This document shows, piece after piece, positions 55,944 to 64,000 of a stretch of DNA of 64,000 nucleotides; position 1 is the first letter of the stretch, and every line of letters starts with the position of its first letter. The DNA comes from Planctomycetota bacterium. Lineage in GTDB: Bacteria > Planctomycetota > B15-G4 > JADJEK01. Made by a program: the position numbers and the translations under genes. Below the pieces are notes generated by a model. The model was not told where the DNA came from, searched no databases, and was given only the letters and a program-made list of their open reading frames with translations. The stretch is taken from positions 1 through 64,000 of the forward strand of contig JBGAIQ010000014.1 in assembly GCA_044225365.1 (NCBI GenBank), given 5' to 3'.

Positions 55944-58547
55944 TCACGGATTCGCGGTGCGCACACACCGGAAACCGTTCTGGATCTGGTGACTCTCCGC
56001 ATTCGGTACGTCGAACCCGTACGAATCGAGAGTGGTGTCGGGATCGGAGAGGAAGGATCCACCGAGAGTCGGTCGCTGCTGAGCCATCACGAGGAACGAT
56101 CCGTCCTTCTGCTGGACGACCGCGGGGCCGGCGGCGTACTCGGCGACATTTCCCAACATGTGAAGCACGCCCGTCGGAGTGCCCGCGAGCGGCGCCGCGG
56201 TCGCCGCGACGACGCAATCGCAGTAGGCCTTCCAATCCGCCTCGTCGCTCGTGTCGGCGCGCGCCGAAGCCCCACGCAGCACCGCGCCGGACGCTTCGAC
56301 GGTCAGCCCATTCGCCCACGGGGTGAGCCGAAACGCCGACGAACGCGCGGCGAGTTCCCATTCGGCGTGGCTCGGCAAGCGCTTGTTCACGTATCGCGCA
56401 TAATCGACGGCGTCGTACCACGAGATGCCGACGACCGGTCGATCGAGCACGCTCGCGGACTCATACTTCTGCAGGTAGTAAGGCCGGGCGTGACCCGTGG
56501 CCGCGCAGAAGGCGAGGTACTCCTGATTCGTCACCTCGTGACGATCGATGTAGTACGCCGGGATGTCGATGGTCGTCTTCGACAGCGGACACGTCCATGA
56601 GTCGGGAAACGTGACCCGTTCCGACGGAATGAGCGTCATGTCGGAGTTCGTGTCGTCAGGGGATGCGAGTCCGACGACGAGGTGATCGTCGCGCGGTTCG
56701 ATCCCCGGCGCGGCATCGGTCTCGACGATCTCGCCGGTGGGAAACCGAATTTGGAGGCGATAGAAGCCCGGTGCAACTCCGATGCCAGCGGTCCCCGTAC
56801 TGCCCATGTCGACGAAGTCGCGTGGCAATCCGGATGCGGCTTCGATCTCGGCGATTCGCACCGTCGCGAGGACCGTCGCGTCCGATCGATCCTTCGCCTC
56901 GACCGTGATGCGCGGGGACGAGAGCTTGCGGATCTCGGCGGCCTTCTTCGCGAAGTCCTCTTGGTTCGGATCCAGCGACACGATTTCGTCGGCGATCGCG
57001 GCCGCTCGAGTTCGATGCCAGGCAATCGACTCCGCCAATTCGGCTGGACGCATTGCGCGTGCGAGGTGATCGTCGATCTCGTGAGTCCAGCGCTCGAGTT
57101 GGTCTCGGACTCGAGACTCGAACGCGGCGATCTCGTCGCCCTCTGACACGGACAACGGAGCATCCTTCCCGAGCAGATCGTTGGACAGATCGATTGCACG
57201 GCGGACAACGAGGAGATCGACGCTCTCCCATGGATCGATGGCCATTGCAGTGCGAACGGCATCGAGGCCGTCGATCCTTCGTCGCTGCCGCGCCCAGGCG
57301 TCTCGCGCGAGCGAGAGCACGAGCAAGATCGCCACGACGCCGATCGTGAATCCAGCCGGGTGCCGCCGTACCACTGCGATCGTCCTGCGCACGATCGTCG
57401 GAGGTCGAGCGAGGACGGTTTCGTGACGCAGGAAGCGGCGCAGATCAGCGGCGAACTCTCCCGCGGACGCGTATCGATCGTCGCGACGCTTCTCGATCGC
57501 CTTGCCGCAAAGAACCACGAGATCTCGCGGAATTCGTGAGTCGACGCGATCGAGCGGAGGGGGCAATTCGTGGAGCACCGAATCCGTCGTCGCGAGATGA
57601 TCGTCTCGCTCGAACGGCTGGACTCCGGTGAGGCTCTCGTAGAGGACCACTCCAAGCGAGTACACGTCGCTTCGACCGTCGATCGCAGATCCCTTCGATT
57701 CGATCTGCTCGGGACTCATGTACCCGGGAGTCCCCGGCGCGATTCCGGTCCGTGTGAGGGTCGCCTGGTTACGCTCCCGCGCGATCCCGAAGTCGACGAT
57801 GCGCACGGTTCCCGACACTCGATCGAGCAAGAGGTTCGCCGGTTTCACGTCGCGGTGGACGATTCCACATTCGTGTGCCGCCTGAAGCGCATCCGCGACC
57901 TCTGCGATGATCGTCACGACGCGTCGCACGTACTCGTCGCTGCGATACGGCGGCAGCGTCGCGCCGAAAGGTCGGGCTCCGGTGCGGATCGCTCCGATCT
58001 CGTCGGCGAGACTGGTGCCGTCGACGAACTCCATCGCGAGATAGGCCCGTCCGTGGTCCGTACCGACCGAAAGGACCTTCACGATCCCCGGATGATCGAT
58101 CTTCGCGAGCGACTTCGCCTCACGGTCGAAACGCTCGAGCTCGCCGGGCCCCGCGCCGAACGGGAGGAGCTTGAGCGCGACTCGCCGATCGAGTCGACGG
58201 TCGCGCGCCACGTACACCTCGCCCATTCCGCCGCGAGCAACGAAACGCTCCACGACGAATCCGCCGAACTCCGAGAGGGGAGGGATACTCGCAAGCGGAT
58301 CGTTCGCCACGCCAGCGGCCAGGATCGGAATCGGATCGAGGGGAGACCTCGGATCCTCGGCGAGAGCGAGGATCTGATCGATCTCCCTGCGGAGTTCGAG
58401 GTTCTCGCCACACACCCCGCGCAGGAACCCCTCCCGCGCGCCGCCAACGAGTTCGAGCGCCCGCTCGGCGATGTCTCGGACCTGACGCTGCTCGTCGTCG
58501 CTCAGCGAGCAAGGAACCTTCGCAGCATCGCGCATGCGAGCCTCCAT
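55944..58547 (-). CDS. Ser/Thr protein kinase - TM - FGE-sulfatase-domain protein
   Basis: RGGMGEVY, VALK, HRDVKPAN, DFGIA, GTPGYMSPEQ, SDVYSLG; TM helix; IDRHEVTNQEY, RLPSHAEWELAAR, MLGNVAEY, GFRCVR. Start 58547 or 58535. Confidence 0.94.
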   Translation of the reverse strand: MEARMRDAAKVPCSLSDDEQRQVRDIAERALELVGGAREGFLRGVCGENLELRREIDQILALAEDPRSPLDPIPILAAGVANDPLASIPPLSEFGGFVVERFVARGGMGEVYVARDRRLDRRVALKLLPFGAGPGELERFDREAKSLAKIDHPGIVKVLSVGTDHGRAYLAMEFVDGTSLADEIGAIRTGARPFGATLPPYRSDEYVRRVVTIIAEVADALQAAHECGIVHRDVKPANLLLDRVSGTVRIVDFGIARERNQATLTRTGIAPGTPGYMSPEQIESKGSAIDGRSDVYSLGVVLYESLTGVQPFERDDHLATTDSVLHELPPPLDRVDSRIPRDLVVLCGKAIEKRRDDRYASAGEFAADLRRFLRHETVLARPPTIVRRTIAVVRRHPAGFTIGVVAILLVLSLARDAWARQRRRIDGLDAVRTAMAIDPWESVDLLVVRRAIDLSNDLLGKDAPLSVSEGDEIAAFESRVRDQLERWTHEIDDHLARAMRPAELAESIAWHRTRAAAIADEIVSLDPNQEDFAKKAAEIRKLSSPRITVEAKDRSDATVLATVRIAEIEAASGLPRDFVDMGSTGTAGIGVAPGFYRLQIRFPTGEIVETDAAPGIEPRDDHLVVGLASPDDTNSDMTLIPSERVTFPDSWTCPLSKTTIDIPAYYIDRHEVTNQEYLAFCAATGHARPYYLQKYESASVLDRPVVGISWYDAVDYARYVNKRLPSHAEWELAARSSAFRLTPWANGLTVEASGAVLRGASARADTSDEADWKAYCDCVVAATAAPLAGTPTGVLHMLGNVAEYAAGPAVVQQKDGSFLVMAQQRPTLGGSFLSDPDTTLDSYGFDVPNAESHQIQNGFRCVRTANP

Positions 58548-59092
58548 CGGCGCTCCGCGGTTCGCAAGGAAAGCGCCATGACCTCCGCCGTTTCCTCCAT
58601 CGAGAGCCCTCCGAAGTGTCGCAATTCCACGATCCGCTCGAGGGCGGGATCGATCGTTCCGATCCACGAGAGCGCCTCGTGAATCACGAGTGGATCGATC
58701 TGCAACTCCGAATACTGGTCCAGGGCGATCTCGAGTTCTTCTCGTTTCCCGGGCGGACGGCGGCGCTGCCTTCCATGGCGACGAACGTAGTCCACGACGA
58801 TCGTTCGCATCGCACGCGAACAGAAGCAGAGGAAGTGATTCGTGTCCTGGAACTCGACGTCGACCTTGAGCAACTTCACGATCGCCTCGCTCACGAGTGC
58901 GGTGGGCTGCAAGGCCTGGGTGTTGCGCAACGAATGCAGGTGCGAGCGCGCGAGTTCCCTTAGTTGTGGAAAGAGTCGGACGAGCACCTCGTCACCCGCG
59001 TCGCGATCGCCATCACGAAATGCGCGGTTCAACAACTCCGTGTTCTTCAGATCTGCGTTCTTCGTGTTCTCCGGACGAAGCCCCTCGTGCAT
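58502..59092 (-). CDS. ECF-type sigma factor of the kinase-associated planctomycete type
   Basis: LRELARSHL, LQPTALVSEA, RAMRTIVVDY.R, IVELRHFGGLS.EETA..SLRTAERRW. Overlaps the kinase start. Confidence 0.92.
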   Translation of the reverse strand: MHEGLRPENTKNADLKNTELLNRAFRDGDRDAGDEVLVRLFPQLRELARSHLHSLRNTQALQPTALVSEAIVKLLKVDVEFQDTNHFLCFCSRAMRTIVVDYVRRHGRQRRRPPGKREELEIALDQYSELQIDPLVIHEALSWIGTIDPALERIVELRHFGGLSMEETAEVMALSLRTAERRWRLACAMLRRFLAR

Positions 59093-59567
59093 CTCGACTC
59101 CCCTGAGGATTCGCACTTCTCCCGAACCTTGGCGCCGGCGAAGCAGCGGTTCGATGTACGAATTGAACGTCGAGATCCGAAATTCGTCAAGAGGGCTCCT
59201 CTGGCGGCGGACGCCATAGACGCGATGTGGAGCAGGCGTCCTTCGCGATCGATCGAGGGATTGGACATTCATGGAGATGCCGCGTGGAGGAGCGGCGAAG
59301 CGATTTCGCACGTAGGAGGCTCCGCGAACGAACGGGCCGAACGCGAGACGCTTTCGTATCGTGTCCCGCATCGAGTACGTCGCGGCAACATCGCGTCCGC
59401 CATACTTCTGACCGGGAATCCGAATGACCGTTCACGAGGTGGTGCAGTTACCAACGAACACGCAGAATCGTGAACGGTCACTTCGAGTTCGGTGAGATCG
59501 ACGCCACCGAACGGTCGGACGCCGTTGCCCACTCCCTTCCCGGGTCGACTTCGATACCCTCTTGCGC

Positions 59568-60308
59568 ATGCTGCGTGAGCACTTCTTCCACAAGGTCGCG
59601 CCGACCGATTCCGAGTTTCGCTGGCGCGGAATGCATGTCTCGCGGATCGAGAGCTTGACGGACGCGGTGTTCGCGTTCGCGATCACGCTGCTCGTCATCA
59701 CGATCGAGGCGCCGAAGACGTCGGAACAGATGTGGCTCGCAGTGAAGCAGGTGCCCGCCTTCGCGGTGTGCTTCTTCATGCTCACCATGCTGTGGTTCTT
59801 CCACTTCCAGTTCTTCCGACGCTTCGGACTCGAAGACTTCCCGACGCTGATGATCAACAGCGTCTTCCTTTTCGTCGTGTTGATCTACGTGTACCCGCTG
59901 CGCCTGTTGTTCACGTGGCTCGTGAATCCCCTGTTCGGTATCTCGCGAAGCGTCCAGCTCGAGAACGGCGAGAGCGTGCCGATGATCCCGGCCTCCGACA
60001 TGCGCGGCCTCATGATCTTCTACAGCGCGGGTTGCGCGTTGGCGTTTCTCTGCCTCGGGCTTCTCTATCTACAGGGATTCCGTCGCCGACACGATCTCGA
60101 GCTCGACGCCGTCGAATTGCTCGTCACCAAATCGTCGATCGGGTCGCACCTTATCGTCGTTCTGATCGCGCTCCTCGCGATGACGCTTGCGATCCTCCGT
60201 TATCCCGGGCTCGGAGGAATGTCGTACTTCGCTGTCGCGCCCGTGCAGGCGATCCACGGGACGTATTGGGGACGCCGCATCGACCGGGCGCGAAGAGTCT
60301 CCAATTAG
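59568..60308 (+). CDS. TMEM175/DUF1211-family channel protein
   Basis: SRIESLTDAVFAFAITLLV, W..H..FFRRF, about 6 TM helices. Confidence 0.88.
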   Translation: MLREHFFHKVAPTDSEFRWRGMHVSRIESLTDAVFAFAITLLVITIEAPKTSEQMWLAVKQVPAFAVCFFMLTMLWFFHFQFFRRFGLEDFPTLMINSVFLFVVLIYVYPLRLLFTWLVNPLFGISRSVQLENGESVPMIPASDMRGLMIFYSAGCALAFLCLGLLYLQGFRRRHDLELDAVELLVTKSSIGSHLIVVLIALLAMTLAILRYPGLGGMSYFAVAPVQAIHGTYWGRRIDRARRVSN

Positions 60309-60841
60309 CGGAGTCCTCGCACGGCATTGCGGAGCATCTCGATCTGCGCAGGGTCGAGCACGTCGCGAACGAGCAGGATCGAATCCACGCGTTTCTTCAA
60401 CTCGCTGCGACGCGCATCGCACAATCGATCGACGAGTTCGTCGACCTTTGCGCGGTCGATCGTTTTTTCCGCGATCGCGGCTTCGAGGCTCGCGAGCACG
60501 GAATCCGTCGATTTCTCGAGCGCCATCATCTCGGCGCAACAATCGCTGCAGGTCGTGTTGAGCTTCGACATCTGCTCGGACGAGAGCGGCATCGCGCTGA
60601 CGCAGCACGCGACCGCGTTCTTCTGCGCGTCGCCGACATTCAAAGCGGTCGCGTCGTAGACCGACGGTGGCGCGCTCGAATCCTGTGCGGCGAGTTCGCG
60701 CTGGGCACGCACCTGCATCTCCGCCGCACGAGCCCGCTCCGCCTGAGCAAGCGCTTCCCTCGTGCGCAGGAAGAACAGCGTCGCGACGACCAGCGAACCG
60801 AGCAGGAGCCACGGCAGGCCGAAGAATACGAATCGTTTCAT
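60305..60841 (-). CDS. Periplasmic helical sensor (CnrX/Spy-CpxP-like), Cys-rich
   Basis: N-terminal TM, LSSEQ.., IDRAKVDELVDRL..R, VRDVLDPAQ. ATGA overlap with the upstream gene. Confidence 0.75.
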   Translation of the reverse strand: MKRFVFFGLPWLLLGSLVVATLFFLRTREALAQAERARAAEMQVRAQRELAAQDSSAPPSVYDATALNVGDAQKNAVACCVSAMPLSSEQMSKLNTTCSDCCAEMMALEKSTDSVLASLEAAIAEKTIDRAKVDELVDRLCDARRSELKKRVDSILLVRDVLDPAQIEMLRNAVRGLR

Positions 60842-61227
60842 CGAGGAATCTCCGTGCCGGATTGGGACGAACGGATGAGCACCATCTCGGGCCGCAGATC
60901 GAGTGCCGCGATTTGGCGATCTTCGATCTTGCCCGACTCGAAGTACGGCGCGGCGAGAACGAAATGTTCGGTGAGCGCCGTCAGGGCCGCCGCATCGGAG
61001 GGGCGCGATCCCGAATCGAAGTGGTCGAGGCTCTCCGCGATCCCGGCATAGACGGCGGCGCCCGCGGCGACGGCCGCGAGGCGCGCCGGCCAGGAGAACG
61101 GTGCGGGTTTCTCCTCGACGGCGTTCTGAATGCTCCGCCAGAGATGCGCGGGCGCGACGATCGTACGACCGATCGCGAGGCGCGAGCGAGCAGATGCGTC
61201 GAACTCGGAATCCTGGGGTTCGTTCAT
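60838..61227 (-). CDS. Putative single-TM anti-sigma factor
   Basis: AP..LWRSI motif followed by TM LAAVAAGAAVYAGIA. Lies between the sigma and the sensor with ATGA overlaps on both sides. Confidence 0.65.
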   Translation of the reverse strand: MNEPQDSEFDASARSRLAIGRTIVAPAHLWRSIQNAVEEKPAPFSWPARLAAVAAGAAVYAGIAESLDHFDSGSRPSDAAALTALTEHFVLAAPYFESGKIEDRQIAALDLRPEMVLIRSSQSGTEIPR

Positions 61228-61808
61228 GGCAGACTCTCCGACGGCAGGGCGCTCGGTGCGATCTTCGTCTCCAGGTTCGCCGCGAGCGCGGAACGAGCAC
61301 GAGACAATCGCGACATCACGGTCCCTTCTGGAATATTCAGGATCTGCCCGATCTCGGCATACTCGAGGCCGATGATCTCGCGGAGGGCGAGAACGGCGCG
61401 CTGGGGGCGCGGTAGCGAACGAAGCAGACGATCGACCTCCTCGCGCGCCTCGACCTGCGACTCGGTCCTTGCGCCGTTGGCGGCTCGATCTTCGACCCGA
61501 AGGGTGGCGTCCTCGCCGAGGAGTCGCGGCCAGCGGAGGAGACGCCGTCGCAGGTTCAGACACTGATTCACGGTGAGTCGGTAGATCCACGTCGAGAGCT
61601 TCGATCGGCCTTCAAACGTCGCGATCTTCTTGAAAACGCGCAAGAAGACCTCCTGCGTCGCATCCTCGGCCTCGTGATCGTCTCCAAGAACGCTTCGACA
61701 CAGACGAAATACGCGATCGCCGAAGGCGCGGTAGATCGCCTCCAGCCCCACGACGTCGCCCGCCATGCAGCGTGCGATGTCCTGCGCGAGTGCTGTTTCG
61801 TCCGTCAT
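61224..61808 (-). CDS. ECF RNA polymerase sigma factor (RpoE-like)
   Basis: AEDATQEVF, FEGRSKLSTWIYRLTVN.CL, GLEYAEI..L.IPEGTVMSRLSRAR. Start 61808 or 61868. Confidence 0.94.
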   Translation of the reverse strand: MTDETALAQDIARCMAGDVVGLEAIYRAFGDRVFRLCRSVLGDDHEAEDATQEVFLRVFKKIATFEGRSKLSTWIYRLTVNQCLNLRRRLLRWPRLLGEDATLRVEDRAANGARTESQVEAREEVDRLLRSLPRPQRAVLALREIIGLEYAEIGQILNIPEGTVMSRLSRARSALAANLETKIAPSALPSESLP

Positions 61809-61973
61809 CGAATCAAGGACATCCAGGCGCCCATCGATGGATTCGCGGCGTTCGACACGAGACGTCATGGCCGCGCTTCCGAGAAATCTTCGCTCTTCGA
61901 AATCGCGTTGGAAAGCGGCGTCCCCATTAGAATGCTTGGGCCGCCCGTGCTTCGATTCGAGGGAGACCGCGAC

Positions 61974-62972
61974 ATGTTCGACCGATTGGCCTCTTGGGCA
62001 GGCCTCGCCCTGTTCGTGATGGGAGTTCAGGACCTCGCACTCGGGGGCCAGGACGACGTAAAGACCGCCCCCGCCGAAACGGAGCCGCTTTCCGGCGTCC
62101 GCTTCCTGTGCGGCGACTGGCGGGACTCCCAAGACGGACTCGGGCTCTTCGAGGAGCACTGGTCGCTGCCCGCGCATGGATCGATGCAGGGGATGTTCCG
62201 TTGGGTCGGCGACGACGGGGCGATCCGCATGAACGAATTGCTCGAGATCACGGTCGAGGGCGACAAGCCCGCGCTTCGCATCCGTCACTTCGATGGCAAG
62301 CTCACCCCGTGGCCGACCGAAGCGAACGGCGGCCCGCTCCTCACGCTCGCCGAATCCGGCGCGTCGCGCGCGCTCTTCAAGAACACCGATGCGAACGCTG
62401 GCCTCGCTTCGATCGAGTACGCCCTGAAAGCCGATGGCCACCTCGCCGCGGTCGTCTCGTTCAAGGACGACAAGCGACCCGCGCTGAAATACGATTTCGA
62501 ACCGATCGGCAAGGGCGACCCGAATCCCGTCACGCCCGAGCAGGCGAAGGCCGCCTACGACCGCCTGAAGAAGCTCGTCGGCGAATGGAACGCGGAGAGC
62601 ACGAAGGGCTGGACGGAGAAGGTCGAGTACAAACTGATCGCGAACGGATCGGCGCTGATGGAGATCTCGCATTCGCCGGACGATGTCGGCGGTATGGCAA
62701 CGCTTCTCCACCTCGACGGCGATCGCCTGCTCGCCACTCACTACTGCGGTGCGAAGAATCAGCCCCGCCTGCAGCTCACCCACGTGGAAGACGACGGGAA
62801 GCTGCTCGACTTCACGTTCCTCGACGCGACGAATCTCCCGTCGCGCGACAAGGGCCACATGGATCGCCTGAAGGTCCGCTTCATCGACGACCGCACGTTC
62901 GAAACGCAGTGGACGTGGTTCGAGAACGGGAAAGAGAACTGGATGGAGACGATCAAGAACGTCCGCCAGTGA
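61974..62972 (+). CDS. Secreted two-domain protein (DUF6265-like beta-barrel plus a second barrel)
   Basis: GAGGGAG RBS; FLCGDW..FEEHWS.P..GSMQGMFR..LRIRHF; LKKLVGEW..MAT..HLDG..L.ATHYC..KNQPRL. Confidence 0.8.
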   Translation: MFDRLASWAGLALFVMGVQDLALGGQDDVKTAPAETEPLSGVRFLCGDWRDSQDGLGLFEEHWSLPAHGSMQGMFRWVGDDGAIRMNELLEITVEGDKPALRIRHFDGKLTPWPTEANGGPLLTLAESGASRALFKNTDANAGLASIEYALKADGHLAAVVSFKDDKRPALKYDFEPIGKGDPNPVTPEQAKAAYDRLKKLVGEWNAESTKGWTEKVEYKLIANGSALMEISHSPDDVGGMATLLHLDGDRLLATHYCGAKNQPRLQLTHVEDDGKLLDFTFLDATNLPSRDKGHMDRLKVRFIDDRTFETQWTWFENGKENWMETIKNVRQ

Positions 62973-62976
62973 ATTC

Positions 62977-63092
62977 GGCGGATACGGATCGCAGCCGCCG
63001 CCGCCGGCGGATACGGATCGCAGCCGCCGCCGCCGGCGGATACGGATCGCAGCCGCCGCCGCCGGCGGATACGGATCGCAGCCGCCGCCGCC
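62977..63092 (+). repeat. Four perfect head-to-tail copies of the 29-nt unit ggcggatacggatcgcagccgccgccgcc
   Basis: Copies at 62977, 63006, 63035 and 63064. Exact reverse complement of the unit at 49046-49176. Starts 4 nt after the upstream stop. Confidence 0.97.
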
Positions 63093-63192
63093 GCTCTTGG
63101 CCCAGGGTTCTTGAAAGTGGATCCATCATCTCCCGCGATCCGTACGTACTCTGTCCCCGTCCGCACCCTTGCACCGATGCTTGGAGATTCGA

Positions 63193-64000
63193 ATGACCTT
63201 CAGTCGACGTGATTTCGTGAAGTCGGCGAGCCTCGCCGCAGCGGCTTCGGCCTTGGGCGCGGCGCGTTCGTTCGGACGCGAAGGCGAGAACGGCAAGCCG
63301 CAGAAGGTGCTGGTTCTCGGCGGCACGGCCTTCCTCGGCCCGCCGATCGTCGATGGTCTCGTCGCGGCGGGGCACACCGTCACGTTGTTCAATCGCGGGA
63401 AGACGAATCCGAAGTTGTTCCCCACGCTCGAGAAGCTCATCGGTGATCGTCATGCGGACGTGAAGTCGCTCGAGGGCCGAGAGTTCGACGTCGTCATCGA
63501 CACGAACGCCTACTTCCCGCGCGACGTGGTGAACCCGCTCGGCGCGCTGAAGAGCGTCGGTCACTACGTGCTCGTCTCCACCTGCTCGGTCTATCCCGGC
63601 ATGGCACAGGAGAAGCTCGACGAGTCGAGCGAAGTGGCGACGATCAGCGACGAAGAGATCGAATCCGCGACGAAGGCCAACAAGATCGGAATGCTCTACG
63701 GCGCGCTCAAGGTCGCGTGCGAACGCGCGGCGGAGAAAGCCCTGCCGGGCAAGGTCACGGTCGTGCGACCGGGACTCATCGTCGGCCCCGGCGATACGAC
63801 GGATCGATTCACGTACTGGCCAGTGCGCGTCGCCAAGGGCGGCGACATGATCGCGCCGGGCAAACCAGAATGGACGATCCAATTCACCGACGTTCGCGAC
63901 GTCGCCGATTTCTGCGTCCACACCGGTCTGAAGCGACTCGCGGGGATCTTCAACGTCAACGGCCTCGAGCGCCCCGTGCCGATGGGCAAGTTCCTCGAAG
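63193..64000 (+). CDS. Tat-exported NAD-dependent epimerase/dehydratase (atypical SDR), 3'-partial
   Basis: Absent from the ORF track because there is no stop in the window. GGAG RBS, MTFSRRDFVK Tat motif, VLVLGGTAFLG, TLFNRG, YGALK, VVRPGLIVGPGD.TDRFTYW. Confidence 0.92.
   Translation, partial: MTFSRRDFVKSASLAAAASALGAARSFGREGENGKPQKVLVLGGTAFLGPPIVDGLVAAGHTVTLFNRGKTNPKLFPTLEKLIGDRHADVKSLEGREFDVVIDTNAYFPRDVVNPLGALKSVGHYVLVSTCSVYPGMAQEKLDESSEVATISDEEIESATKANKIGMLYGALKVACERAAEKALPGKVTVVRPGLIVGPGDTTDRFTYWPVRVAKGGDMIAPGKPEWTIQFTDVRDVADFCVHTGLKRLAGIFNVNGLERPVPMGKFLE

Noticed and set aside
55944-56200. Diversity-generating retroelement target (FGE/C-lectin C-terminus here and at 1-672)
   Set aside because: No reverse transcriptase, and no template repeat differing only at adenines, is visible in the window.

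Overview
Gene-dense, very GC-rich bacterial DNA with about 45 likely CDS. The gene content points to a Planctomycetota genome (inference): a planctomycete-type cytochrome c domain, a PVC-type heme-binding dehydrogenase, an ECF sigma/Ser-Thr kinase pair, a membrane-anchored ECF and many secreted proteins. I found no rRNA, tRNA, CRISPR-cas, integrase or transposase. The window holds transporters, four ECF sigma modules, a two-component system, BlaI/BlaR1, secreted hydrolases and surface proteins. The most unusual items are: (1) a translationally coupled VTC(polyP polymerase-like)-DUF4956-CotH kinase operon, followed by a small protein with four ALNPQPLPPK motifs; (2) a 29-nt palindromic repeat found both as an intergenic tandem array and in frame in the signal-peptide region of a serine hydrolase; (3) a similar C-terminal domain on two unrelated secreted proteins, possibly a sorting signal; (4) a cytochrome c-LRR-YHS fusion to a Cys-less glutathione peroxidase domain; (5) a divergent phytase with a large charged insertion. 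All family assignments come from motif recognition by eye, not database searches. Many start codons were moved from the ORF track using RBS and stop/start overlaps.
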